Sequence record: PQ141284.1
Direction: 5' to 3' (one strand)
Source: Escherichia phage fEg-Eco06
DNA: 45,491 bases
In this document: positions 1 to 7,342 of the stretch, piece by piece
Position numbering within the stretch: the first letter of the stretch is position 1
How the letters are laid out: every line of letters begins with the position of its first letter
The notes under the pieces: model-generated
Told to the model about the DNA's origin: nothing
What the model saw: only the letters and a program-made list of their open reading frames with translations
Databases searched by the model: none
Translations under genes and position numbers: made by a program

Positions 1-65
1 CCAAACGCAACAATAGAAGAGACTATTGCAGGAGATACAACAATACAAACACCAATAAAATTCAC

Positions 66-94
66 TTGCACACTGAGATAGAATAGGCTACTAT
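66..94 (+). promoter_or_regulatory. sigma70-like promoter, TTGCAC-N17-TACTATTCA family
   Basis: TTGCAC 66-71, 17-nt spacer, TACTAT 89-94. Same architecture at 11553-11581(-), 21098-21126(-) and 44443-44471(+). Confidence 0.5.
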
Positions 95-125
95 TCATTT
101 ACGCAAACGAGAGGAGAGACTGAAG

Positions 126-254
126 ATGAAAGATTATAGCGAAGTAACTTTGGGTGAGTTGCAGGACGAGTACGAAGATATGCTCTACCCGTTCATCTGC
201 GACGGAGATTACAACGGCGTTTATAACGGAGTGAGCGAAGAATATGAACAATAA
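126..254 (+). CDS. small acidic hypothetical protein (42 aa, below ORF-track cutoff)
   Basis: Hand translation gives MKDYSEVTLGELQDEYEDMLYPFICDGDYNGVYNGVSEEYEQ*. SD-like GAGAGGAGAG lies upstream of ATG 126. The ORF overlaps the next start. Confidence 0.4.
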   Translation: MKDYSEVTLGELQDEYEDMLYPFICDGDYNGVYNGVSEEYEQ

Positions 255-867
255 AAACGAAGTATTCGAGTACCTGATTGACCAGTTACGGCAGCAGGTA
301 AATAAGAAAGATGTCACCTCTTTCAATGTGGCTGTGCGGGTATCCGACCTTGATGAGGTCAAGCAGGTAATTCACAACCTACAGCAGCATATATCGGGTA
401 AGGATGACGAAATACGAGCGTTGAAGGACAGTTTACGGCAGCAGGAGGATAGCAACCCATACAAGCAACAGTGCGAAGACCTGGCGCATGAGGTGCAGTC
501 ACTTAAGAATCAGTTACGTGACGCGTCGGAGCTGGTGGCTGAGTTACAGAGCGAGTTACAACATCAGATTGACCTGGCGGCAGGCGTGTATAGATGGTCT
601 ACCGCGCATTTCGACGAGAAAGGTAAAGTCTTCAAGGTCGAGAGTGGGGTTAAGACAGAGCAATCCGGTTGCCGGAAGGAAGATACCCAGGGATGCGAGC
701 ATGATTGGGTGCTAGATGAAAAAGGGGACTACTTCATTTGCGCTAAATGCGGTAAGCAAGAATCGGAATTGAGCGATTGCCAACACGCTAATACCGTCGG
801 TTTGCGCAAAGGCTTTGCGCCGGGTTTTACTAAAAAGTGTCTTGATTGCGGGGCTAAACTGAAATGA
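244..867 (+). CDS. hypothetical protein, coiled-coil N-terminal part plus Cys-rich (CxxC) C-terminal zinc-ribbon-like part
   Basis: 207-aa ORF. Heptad-like charged region, then CAKCG...CLDCG pairs. Overlaps the downstream start. Confidence 0.65.
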   Translation: MNNKNEVFEYLIDQLRQQVNKKDVTSFNVAVRVSDLDEVKQVIHNLQQHISGKDDEIRALKDSLRQQEDSNPYKQQCEDLAHEVQSLKNQLRDASELVAELQSELQHQIDLAAGVYRWSTAHFDEKGKVFKVESGVKTEQSGCRKEDTQGCEHDWVLDEKGDYFICAKCGKQESELSDCQHANTVGLRKGFAPGFTKKCLDCGAKLK

Positions 868-1067
868 CCGGCATCTTATTTATCTGGGTACTGTCCGCAG
901 GCCAGATGCAACTAGCGGCATCAGAAACGTTTTACTCGATGGAGGCGTGCCAGTCAGCGGCACGCGCCGCTGAGAACGCGCACTTTCTGTTTCAGGGTGA
1001 CAAGCCCAACGATTCAGAGGTACGCGCTATCTGCTCACCTAAGCGACTTGGAAAACAGGAGAAGTGA
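864..1067 (+). CDS. small hypothetical protein with N-terminal hydrophobic/signal-like segment
   Basis: 67-aa ORF. ATGA overlap with the upstream stop. N-terminus is MTGILFIWVLSAGQMQLAAS. Confidence 0.55.
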   Translation: MTGILFIWVLSAGQMQLAASETFYSMEACQSAARAAENAHFLFQGDKPNDSEVRAICSPKRLGKQEK

Positions 1068-1351
1068 TTGTGGTACAGAGATATGAGTTTAGAGCTGTGT
1101 GTGTTAACTCGTGCCACCCGTATCATGAGCTGGTTAAGAGTGACGAAGGCGACTGGATAAGTTACGAAGATTACAAGGAACTGGACGACAGTTTCCAGGA
1201 CTACATAACCACTACGGATATGGAAATAGAGGGGCTTGTGTCAAGACTGGCAGAAGTTGAAGCCGAGTTACAGAAATACAAGGACCAGTTCCCGGATTAC
1301 GTCGAGTGCGCGAACTGTGGGTCAGTTACACATGTGGGAGGGGTGGAGTGA
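1064..1351 (+). CDS. hypothetical protein
   Basis: 95-aa ORF. GTG start overlaps the upstream TGA (GTGA), with AACAGGAGAA upstream. Confidence 0.55.
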   Translation: MIVVQRYEFRAVCVNSCHPYHELVKSDEGDWISYEDYKELDDSFQDYITTTDMEIEGLVSRLAEVEAELQKYKDQFPDYVECANCGSVTHVGGVE

Positions 1352-1353
1352 TT

Positions 1354-1584
1354 ATGGTTATTCGTAAAGGCTTTTATGAAGATGGTAATTTCGATAGTAA
1401 AGTAAATGGGGAGTACGTAAGCTACGAAGACTACGCGAAACTAGAAGCCAAACTTCTGGAAATAAAAGCAGCAGCCAGTTGTCTTGTGCGAGAAGCGAGT
1501 AAGGTGTATAGCGATTATAGTGACGTTATAGCGCCTGAGTTTGTAGACCAGCAAACCATATACGAACTAGGTATTCTGCTATGA
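1354..1584 (+). CDS. hypothetical protein
   Basis: ATG 1354 (MVIRKGF...) is preceded by GGAGTGA and lies just after the upstream stop at 1349-1351. The track ORF 1306..1584 was trimmed to this start. Confidence 0.55.
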   Translation: MVIRKGFYEDGNFDSKVNGEYVSYEDYAKLEAKLLEIKAAASCLVREASKVYSDYSDVIAPEFVDQQTIYELGILL

Positions 1585-1874
1585 GCCTCGCAACTGACAT
1601 CCTGAAACGAAGCGGCCTTGCGCCGCTGTCGCCGAGAGCGAACACCCGGATATACAAGCGTCGGGGCAACGCACTGTTCCCCGAGATTCAGGCCAGACGC
1701 AAAGCAGTCCGCGCCTGCGGATTCCAGAACGGGAAGGCTGTGAATCTCGGTGAGTTTAAAACAAAGGAACGTGCGGCTATCGCTAATCGGTTATTTAATT
1801 ACTGGAAATCGCTGGGTTATGAAGATATTCCGACGAAACCACAGAGACGACAATACATCTGGCGTCATAAATAA
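1581..1874 (+). CDS. putative AP2-like DNA-binding protein
   Basis: 97-aa ORF. GKAVNLGEFKTKERAAIANRLF resembles the AP2/ERF-type strand-helix motif (G-K-x-hydrophobic-x-L-G-x-F-x-T-x-E-x-A-A) seen in phage DNA-binding and HNH-associated domains. Confidence 0.45.
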   Translation: MSLATDILKRSGLAPLSPRANTRIYKRRGNALFPEIQARRKAVRACGFQNGKAVNLGEFKTKERAAIANRLFNYWKSLGYEDIPTKPQRRQYIWRHK

Positions 1875-1904
1875 ACCGTTATTAAGATAATTCCTAACCG
1901 TGCT

Positions 1905-1944
1905 ATCCTCCAGTTACTGCATACTTAATACGCACCTGGAGGAT
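1905..1944 (+). promoter_or_regulatory. RBS-sequestering hairpin upstream of holin gene
   Basis: ATCCTCCAG (1905-1913) is perfectly complementary to CTGGAGGAT (1936-1944), with a 22-nt loop. The 3' arm contains the SD GGAGGA, 6 nt upstream of the TTG start at 1950. Confidence 0.5.
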
Positions 1945-1949
1945 TCATC

Positions 1950-2258
1950 TTGGATAAATTTACTGAAACAGTGACAGGCTGGCTTCTCGCTGCCGCGCTA
2001 GCCGGAGGGGTAATCGGACTACGACAACATAAGTCCGTTATTTCTGGCCCCATCGACGGCTTCTGCTTTATTGCAACTGGCTTCACTTGCGCCGTATTCG
2101 GTGCACCTCTCGCGGCTCAATGGTTCGGTATTACCGGAGAGCGCGAGATAGCTGGCCTCGGATTCATCATCGCAATTCTCTGGATGCCCATCTATTCCCG
2201 TCTCTCCGGTATCGTCGCCGGAGAATACATCGCACGTCGAGGAGGCACAGATGAATGA
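1950..2258 (+). CDS. holin (multi-TMD membrane protein)
   Basis: 102 aa with about three hydrophobic segments and a charged C-terminus (ARRGGTDE). TTG start with strong SD. Lies just upstream of the endolysin. Confidence 0.65.
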   Translation: MDKFTETVTGWLLAAALAGGVIGLRQHKSVISGPIDGFCFIATGFTCAVFGAPLAAQWFGITGEREIAGLGFIIAILWMPIYSRLSGIVAGEYIARRGGTDE

Positions 2259-2523
2259 ATTATTCTGGTTCGGCGGTATGCTGGCAATCGGAGGCACATC
2301 GCTGTTTAATGTATATCACCCCAGCGTGGATGACGGATTATTTGGCCGTGTGCTTTATATTCTGACTGCTATTGTCTGCGCCGCCGGATGTATCCACCTG
2401 TTACAGGGCAGCATGTCGCCAACGCTGCCTGAGACATTAATCACATTAGTCGCGCTTCGCCAGATTCGCCAGGCGTGGCTGTCGTATGGAGGACATAAGC
2501 GTGTCTCGAAACATTTCAGATAA
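2251..2523 (+). CDS. second lysis-cassette membrane protein (holin/antiholin-like)
   Basis: 90 aa with 2-3 hydrophobic segments and a basic C-terminus. Overlaps both neighbours. Confidence 0.5.
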   Translation: MNELFWFGGMLAIGGTSLFNVYHPSVDDGLFGRVLYILTAIVCAAGCIHLLQGSMSPTLPETLITLVALRQIRQAWLSYGGHKRVSKHFR

Positions 2524-2986
2524 TGGGTTGCATTTCACCGCTGCGTTTGAGGGGTTCCGAGGTACTGCGTATCGTGCTACGCCGAACGAGAAGTACCTGA
2601 CTATCGGCTACGGTCACTACGGGCCAGACGTAACACCAGGTAAGACCATCACCCCGGGGCAAGGACTCCTGTTACTGAATCGCGACATGGCTAAGGCCGT
2701 AGCTGCGGTTGACGCAGCAGCACACCATTCATTAACACAGGCTCAGTTCGATGCGGTGTGTGACCTGGTATATAACGCTGGCGCCGGCGTGATTGCGGCT
2801 GCTACTGGTACAGGTAAGGCACTGCGTTCTGGTGATATCGAGACGCTGCGGGCTAAGCTGGCGCTGTTCATCAACCAGAACGGCAGACCACTACTCGGCC
2901 TGCGTCGCCGTACAGCAGGTCGCCTGGCGCTGTTCGACGGTAAACCGTGGCAAGAGGCTGAGGCTATTGGGAGAGCCGTTAAATGA
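2486..2986 (+). CDS. endolysin, T4-lysozyme-like (GH24) muramidase
   Basis: HFTAAFEGFRGTAYRATPNEKYLTIGYGH matches the GH24 catalytic-Glu region (E-G-x-x-x-x-A-Y...T-I-G-Y-G-H). An alternative GTG start at 2501 lies behind GGAGGA. Confidence 0.85.
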   Translation: MEDISVSRNISDNGLHFTAAFEGFRGTAYRATPNEKYLTIGYGHYGPDVTPGKTITPGQGLLLLNRDMAKAVAAVDAAAHHSLTQAQFDAVCDLVYNAGAGVIAAATGTGKALRSGDIETLRAKLALFINQNGRPLLGLRRRTAGRLALFDGKPWQEAEAIGRAVK

Positions 2987-3113
2987 TGGACGAATACGAA
3001 GGCATTTAGTAAAATTACTTCCACGCTGCTTGTGCTTGCATACTAAGCCCTGGTAAACCTGAAGCAGCAGCCCAAGCGGTGGAGACTGCGTAGGGTTCAG
3101 GGGCTTATGACCG

Positions 3114-3144
3114 AAACCCGGACCGCGAATCCGGGTTTTATTTT
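3114..3144 (+). terminator. rho-independent terminator after lysis cassette
   Basis: AAACCCGG (3114-3121) pairs with CCGGGTTT (3131-3138), followed by TTTTATTTT. Confidence 0.7.
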
Positions 3145-3149
3145 ACCAA

Positions 3150-3178
3150 TTGACACCTAAGACTAATCCGACGATACT
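3150..3178 (+). promoter_or_regulatory. sigma70-like promoter
   Basis: TTGACA 3150-3155, 17-nt spacer, GATACT 3173-3178. Confidence 0.5.
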
Positions 3179-3184
3179 TAAATC

Positions 3185-3250
3185 ACCTCCTGCTCCATCC
3201 CTCTGCTCTCCAGTTTTATCCCGGCCCTGACCCAGCCGGGATTTTTTTTT
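3185..3250 (+). ncRNA. candidate ~65-nt CU-rich small RNA with anti-Shine-Dalgarno 5' end
   Basis: Bounded by the promoter at 3150-3178 and a terminator: ATCCCGGC 3218-3225 pairs with GCCGGGAT 3235-3242, then T9. No ORF. The 5' region AUCACCUCCU equals the 16S rRNA 3'-end anti-SD. CCCUCU and CUCUCC follow. Confidence 0.35.
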
Positions 3251-3272
3251 ATCTATTTTCGGTAATGACTAG

Positions 3273-3301
3273 TTGACTATTACCCTCGACCCTATTATAT
3301 T
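3273..3301 (+). promoter_or_regulatory. sigma70-like promoter for the 3335-5349 operon
   Basis: TTGACT 3273-3278, 17-nt spacer, TATATT 3296-3301. Confidence 0.55.
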
Positions 3302-3334
3302 TACTCCATCGACAACGAGAACGGAGTAGAGAAG

Positions 3335-3532
3335 ATGAGTAACGTACCGACAATCGCAATAACCGAGGAACTTGAAGCCAAATGTATCGCATCAGTTATA
3401 GGGAATGGTTCGGTGGAAAAACTACAGATGAGGGCCGCTGCGGGCTACATACGCAGGGCTAATAGTGCGATGAATGATTCCTTACGTAAACGTTACCTCA
3501 TGAAAGCGTTAGAAATTCTGGAGAATAAGTAA
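3335..3532 (+). CDS. hypothetical protein
   Basis: 65-aa ORF with GGAGTAGAGAAG upstream. First gene after the promoter. Confidence 0.6.
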   Translation: MSNVPTIAITEELEAKCIASVIGNGSVEKLQMRAAAGYIRRANSAMNDSLRKRYLMKALEILENK

Positions 3533-3681
3533 TGAAAATCACAGATATTGAGGCATTCAAAGACGCACAACTGATGGCACGTATCGCCGTTAGTAACCTT
3601 AGCAACAGCATCCCGGCAGACGCGTTCTGGTTCGCTGCGATGCAGACACTTAAAGCAGCATATGCAGGAGAGAAGAAATGA
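3532..3681 (+). CDS. small hypothetical protein (49 aa, below track cutoff)
   Basis: Hand translation gives MKITDIEAFKDAQLMARIAVSNLSNSIPADAFWFAAMQTLKAAYAGEKK*. TAATG overlap upstream and ATGA overlap downstream. Confidence 0.5.
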   Translation: MKITDIEAFKDAQLMARIAVSNLSNSIPADAFWFAAMQTLKAAYAGEKK

Positions 3682-3875
3682 AAGTCAAAGCAGCTAAAAT
3701 TCTCTGGTTACCCGCCCTTGACTATGTGACAGAGGGTAAAGTGTATGACGTATACAACCCGAAAACTACTGGTTTTGGTTATATAGTTGCCGATGACGGC
3801 TGTGATATTTACATAGACTTTGGTAGCGATGAAGGTGATGGTTTCCACGGCGTTAAATGGGAGATTGTCGAATGA
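3678..3875 (+). CDS. hypothetical protein
   Basis: 65-aa ORF, translationally coupled on both sides. Confidence 0.6.
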   Translation: MKVKAAKILWLPALDYVTEGKVYDVYNPKTTGFGYIVADDGCDIYIDFGSDEGDGFHGVKWEIVE

Positions 3876-4030
3876 GCGAACAAACACCAATCAGCCAACC
3901 GTTACGAGTAGGCCGTAAAGTCAGTCACATCCCGTTCCCGACACGTGAAGAACTGATGAAACGTAACAGTTTCCCGGGGCCGGACAAGAACAAGTATCTC
4001 AATCGCATGTGGGGAGAGCGTAAAGAATGA
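3872..4030 (+). CDS. small hypothetical protein (52 aa, below track cutoff)
   Basis: Hand translation gives MSEQTPISQPLRVGRKVSHIPFPTREELMKRNSFPGPDKNKYLNRMWGERKE*. ATGA overlaps at both ends. Confidence 0.5.
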   Translation: MSEQTPISQPLRVGRKVSHIPFPTREELMKRNSFPGPDKNKYLNRMWGERKE

Positions 4031-4212
4031 CTGACCGCGAATATGAAAAGATGATGGTTGAGGCCGTTAACAGCGGCGTAGACATCGGACACGTGATGCG
4101 CGTCCTGAATACTAAAATCGCGGTAGCCGAGCAAATGGTCGAGTCGCTTTACGAGACGCGCCGTGAACTGATTAACCGCTTCAACCTGAACAAAGGTGAC
4201 ACCAATGCCTAA
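4027..4212 (+). CDS. hypothetical protein
   Basis: 61-aa ORF, coupled to its neighbours. Confidence 0.55.
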   Translation: MTDREYEKMMVEAVNSGVDIGHVMRVLNTKIAVAEQMVESLYETRRELINRFNLNKGDTNA

Positions 4213-4492
4213 AATCACAATCGCATCTCTCGAGCGCCGTATTCTGGTGCTTGAGTCGGAGAAACAGACGTTAGGCGGGCAACTGTCGATTAACGGTGAG
4301 TTTCAGCTGGAGGCGTTCCGTATACTCCTCGGCGTTATGAAGCAGGAACCCAGCGCATACGCAGGAGTGTTCCTTGACGAGGAAGGTTCGCAGACACTAA
4401 GTTACTACGCTACCGAAGAAGAATTAGCGTTCGACGGCCCCGCGGTATCTATCCCGCTGTTCGATAACTGGATGGTGTACGACTATGACTAA
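4205..4492 (+). CDS. hypothetical protein
   Basis: ATG 4205 (MPKITIASLE...) lies within track ORF 4196..4492 and overlaps the upstream stop. Confidence 0.55.
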   Translation: MPKITIASLERRILVLESEKQTLGGQLSINGEFQLEAFRILLGVMKQEPSAYAGVFLDEEGSQTLSYYATEEELAFDGPAVSIPLFDNWMVYDYD

Positions 4493-4670
4493 AGCGCCTG
4501 AACCAGTAGTTATCGATGGCGTCCTGTGGAAGCCATACTCGGTTTACCACATCGACGCCGACGGGAAGAAGTTTAGCTTCTACATTTTTGCAATTAGCCG
4601 TGAGCACGCCGCTTGTGTGGTTGACGATATTCGAGAAACGGCGTGGCTTGGTGATGAGATAGCGGGGTGA
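4485..4670 (+). CDS. hypothetical protein
   Basis: 61-aa ORF that overlaps the upstream end. Confidence 0.55.
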   Translation: MTKAPEPVVIDGVLWKPYSVYHIDADGKKFSFYIFAISREHAACVVDDIRETAWLGDEIAG

Positions 4671-4674
4671 GAGT

Positions 4675-4758
4675 ATGAGTCTCGAGGTGGTTATCGGTCT
4701 GGTGGGTCTTAGTTACTTCATTGGGCTGTTGGTTGGGTTTCTGTGGGGTAAATACTAA
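4675..4758 (+). CDS. tiny hydrophobic peptide (27 aa)
   Basis: Hand translation gives MSLEVVIGLVGLSYFIGLLVGFLWGKY*, a single TMD. GGGGTGAGAG lies upstream. TAATG coupling to the next ORF. Confidence 0.35.
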   Translation: MSLEVVIGLVGLSYFIGLLVGFLWGKY

Positions 4759-4928
4759 TGTTCAGTGACATTAACGCGGCAATCGAAGAAGCAATCTGGC
4801 GTCGCTACAACGGCGAGCAACAACGGCATTTCTGCCTGGTGCAACGCGGTAACATGATTGCCGTAGTGCAGGACCGCGATAACAAATATCCGAATGCGAT
4901 GTGGACAACGAGGAATTTTTTAGGATGA
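4758..4928 (+). CDS. small hypothetical protein (56 aa, below track cutoff)
   Basis: Hand translation gives MFSDINAAIEEAIWRRYNGEQQRHFCLVQRGNMIAVVQDRDNKYPNAMWTTRNFLG*. ATGA overlap with the next start at 4925. Confidence 0.45.
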   Translation: MFSDINAAIEEAIWRRYNGEQQRHFCLVQRGNMIAVVQDRDNKYPNAMWTTRNFLG

Positions 4929-5161
4929 TTACCAGCATTCCGAACCTGATTAAAGAATTCGGCACGATGGCCGAGACGTGCCGGCAAACCGGCATCAACG
5001 AAATGACGATTGCGAAGTACAGCAAAGACGTTGATTGCGAGCGCCACGTAATTTATAACAATCGTCTGATGACACATGTTAAGACAAGCCCGGTGTTATT
5101 CACGCGCCGAGGTATCACTAAAACTGAGCAACGCATTGCTAAAGGGGAGAGTGGGGAATGA
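4925..5161 (+). CDS. putative HTH DNA-binding protein
   Basis: MITSIPNLIKEFGTMAETCRQTGINEMTIAKYSK has a helix-turn-helix-like pattern. The start was chosen for its ATGA coupling; the track ORF begins at 4901. Confidence 0.45.
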   Translation: MITSIPNLIKEFGTMAETCRQTGINEMTIAKYSKDVDCERHVIYNNRLMTHVKTSPVLFTRRGITKTEQRIAKGESGE

Positions 5162-5349
5162 TTGAGATTTTGAGGGCTACGAATGTTGCTGGTGACCTGG
5201 TGTTTTGGCTGGCCTTTCTCGGTGTGCTGATAAAACAACCGACTCTGTTTAACAGTCTCCCTCGTTACCTGTGGTGGCCTATGTTTTTAGGCATGGGTGT
5301 ATCAGGCGTGGCAGGCATCCTTTTGTGGTTTTTCAAATGGGACTACTAA
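5158..5349 (+). CDS. small membrane protein (2 TMD)
   Basis: 63-aa ORF with two hydrophobic stretches. Confidence 0.5.
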   Translation: MIEILRATNVAGDLVFWLAFLGVLIKQPTLFNSLPRYLWWPMFLGMGVSGVAGILLWFFKWDY

Positions 5350-5442
5350 TCATCCCTAACGCCTGGGCCATTCCCGTAGCCAACGACCATTACGGCGGCG
5401 ACGGTAAAAGAGCGCAACGACACGGCCTATACAACTGATACA

Positions 5443-5465
5443 AGCCCTCTACGGAGGGCTTTTCT
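5443..5465 (+). terminator. rho-independent terminator
   Basis: AGCCCTC (5443-5449), loop TACG, GAGGGCT (5454-5460), then TTTCT. Confidence 0.6.
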
Positions 5466-5559
5466 GTACATCCCGCCCAATCCCCTTATATAATCTATTT
5501 AGACGCGTAGGGCGCGTCTGGTGCGCTCTGATGGTCAGACGCATATGCAAGGGGATTCT

Positions 5560-6069
5560 ATGAAGCTGAAACTTAAGCAGCCATCACCAGAGGTGGTGCA
5601 AGCTGCACATGAAGAAGCTGTTAGCGCAAACCGTCGCCGTAAACGACCGCGCGGTAAACAGAGCCTTTATCAATCATCCCGTAATTCCGCTGCGCTGTGG
5701 GACCCGGACTATTGCGACGAATTGATTCGTTTCTTTGACCGCACGTCGTGGGAGCTTGTGCCAACGTCTAAGGGTGATGAACGCCCACTGATTCAGGATA
5801 AGCCGCCGTCACTGGCCCGCTTCGCCTTACACATCGGCGTAACTATCCCGATAATTAAGCTGTGGCTGCGCGAGATTCCCGCATTTGCAGAAGCCTGGGA
5901 GACAGCACAGGCGCTGGAAGAGGCATACTTCACTGAAACGGGGGCCGCGGGCATCTCTGCTACGTTTGCTGCCGCGAAACTGGGCCTGAATAAAACAGTT
6001 GTCGCCGAAGAAGTACGCGACGAGCCAATCAGCGAAGTAACAATTAAGGTGGTGCCCGGTGAACGTTAA
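5560..6069 (+). CDS. terS: terminase small subunit
   Basis: Lies immediately upstream of and overlapping terL. Basic N-terminus, and an HTH-like segment PSLARFALHIGVTIPIIKLWLRE. ATG 5560 lies behind AAGGGGA; the track ORF starts at GTG 5521. Confidence 0.7.
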   Translation: MKLKLKQPSPEVVQAAHEEAVSANRRRKRPRGKQSLYQSSRNSAALWDPDYCDELIRFFDRTSWELVPTSKGDERPLIQDKPPSLARFALHIGVTIPIIKLWLREIPAFAEAWETAQALEEAYFTETGAAGISATFAAAKLGLNKTVVAEEVRDEPISEVTIKVVPGER

Positions 6070-7330
6070 TATCACGGCAACGGAGCCGCAAGGCGCGTTT
6101 CTCGGTATGCATTGCAAGTTTCCGGCATTCGTAGCTGGCTTCGGTACGGGTAAATCCGAAGTTATGTGCAACTCTGCACTACTCGACAGCATGGAAGGTG
6201 GTAGCGATTCTATCATCGCCATGTATGAGCCGACCTATGACCTGGTGCGCCTCATCCTTGCACCGCGTATGGAAGAAAAGCTCACCGACTGGGGTATCCG
6301 GTACAAATACAACAAGTCTGACAACATAATCTATACGTCTTCCGGACAATTTGGGGATTTTGTTCTGCGTACACTTGATAATCCAGCAAGAATCGTTGGC
6401 TACGAATCGTTTCGTGCGAAAATCGACGAGTTGGACACCCTTAACATGGAGCACGCCGAGCACGCGTGGAACAAAGTCATCGCCCGTAACCGCCAGTTGC
6501 CGCGGACATATAAACCTATTACACCGAAACCTGCTAATACCGTTTCCGTGTTCACTACCCCGGAAGGATTCCGTTTCGTACATGACCGCTGGGTAGTCAA
6601 AAAGAATCCAGGCTACGAGATGATTCAGGCGTCCACCCTGTCTAACCCGTTCCTGCCAGAAGATTATGTGCAGTCGTTACGCGACACATACCCAGGTCAG
6701 TTGATTGACGCCTACATCGACGGCAAGTTCGTAAACCTCACGTCCGGAACGGTATACTATGCTTACGACCGCAGGAAAAACAGCAGTCGCGAAACAATCA
6801 ATCCCGGCGAGACTCTGTATATTGGGCAGGACTTTAACGTAGGTCACATGGCGAGCACGGTTTACGTGCAACGCGGTAAGGTCTGGCACGCTGTTGCCGA
6901 GTTGGTTGATATGTTCGATACGCCTGACGTAGTGCGGGCCATAACTGAGCGATGGAAAAGTAAGGGCCACTATATCGTTATGTACCCGGACGCCAGCGGC
7001 AAAAACCGTAAAAGCAACAACGCCAGTACCTCAGACATCGCTCAGTTACAGCAGGCCGGTTTCGAAGTACGCGCCAAATCAACAAACCCGCCGGTTAAAG
7101 ACCGCGTATCAGCAATGAACAAGGCGCTTGAATCTGGTATGGTCATGATTAATGAGCAGGCATGCCCGGTTACGGCGCGATGCCTTGAGCAACAGGCTTA
7201 CGACAAGAACGGCGAACCGGATAAATCGGGTGGTGTGGACCACCAGAACGACGGGACCACATATCCTATCGCGTATGAAATGCCGATTCGCAAACCAGTT
7301 ATTAATGTCCCGGTGACTTTCGCACTTTAA
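6059..7330 (+). CDS. terL: terminase large subunit
   Basis: 423 aa. Walker A-like AGFGTGKSE near the N-terminus and an acidic nuclease-type C-terminal half. Position is between terS and portal. Confidence 0.85.
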   Translation: MNVNITATEPQGAFLGMHCKFPAFVAGFGTGKSEVMCNSALLDSMEGGSDSIIAMYEPTYDLVRLILAPRMEEKLTDWGIRYKYNKSDNIIYTSSGQFGDFVLRTLDNPARIVGYESFRAKIDELDTLNMEHAEHAWNKVIARNRQLPRTYKPITPKPANTVSVFTTPEGFRFVHDRWVVKKNPGYEMIQASTLSNPFLPEDYVQSLRDTYPGQLIDAYIDGKFVNLTSGTVYYAYDRRKNSSRETINPGETLYIGQDFNVGHMASTVYVQRGKVWHAVAELVDMFDTPDVVRAITERWKSKGHYIVMYPDASGKNRKSNNASTSDIAQLQQAGFEVRAKSTNPPVKDRVSAMNKALESGMVMINEQACPVTARCLEQQAYDKNGEPDKSGGVDHQNDGTTYPIAYEMPIRKPVINVPVTFAL

Positions 7331-7342
7331 GAGGATTATTCA

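Noticed and set aside
2793-3056. 87-aa alternative-frame ORF overlapping the 3' end of the endolysin, considered as an embedded spanin.
   Set aside because: It has no lipobox, signal peptide or TMD, and its composition is Arg/Cys-rich. A convincing Rz/Rz1 pair exists at 11901-12396.
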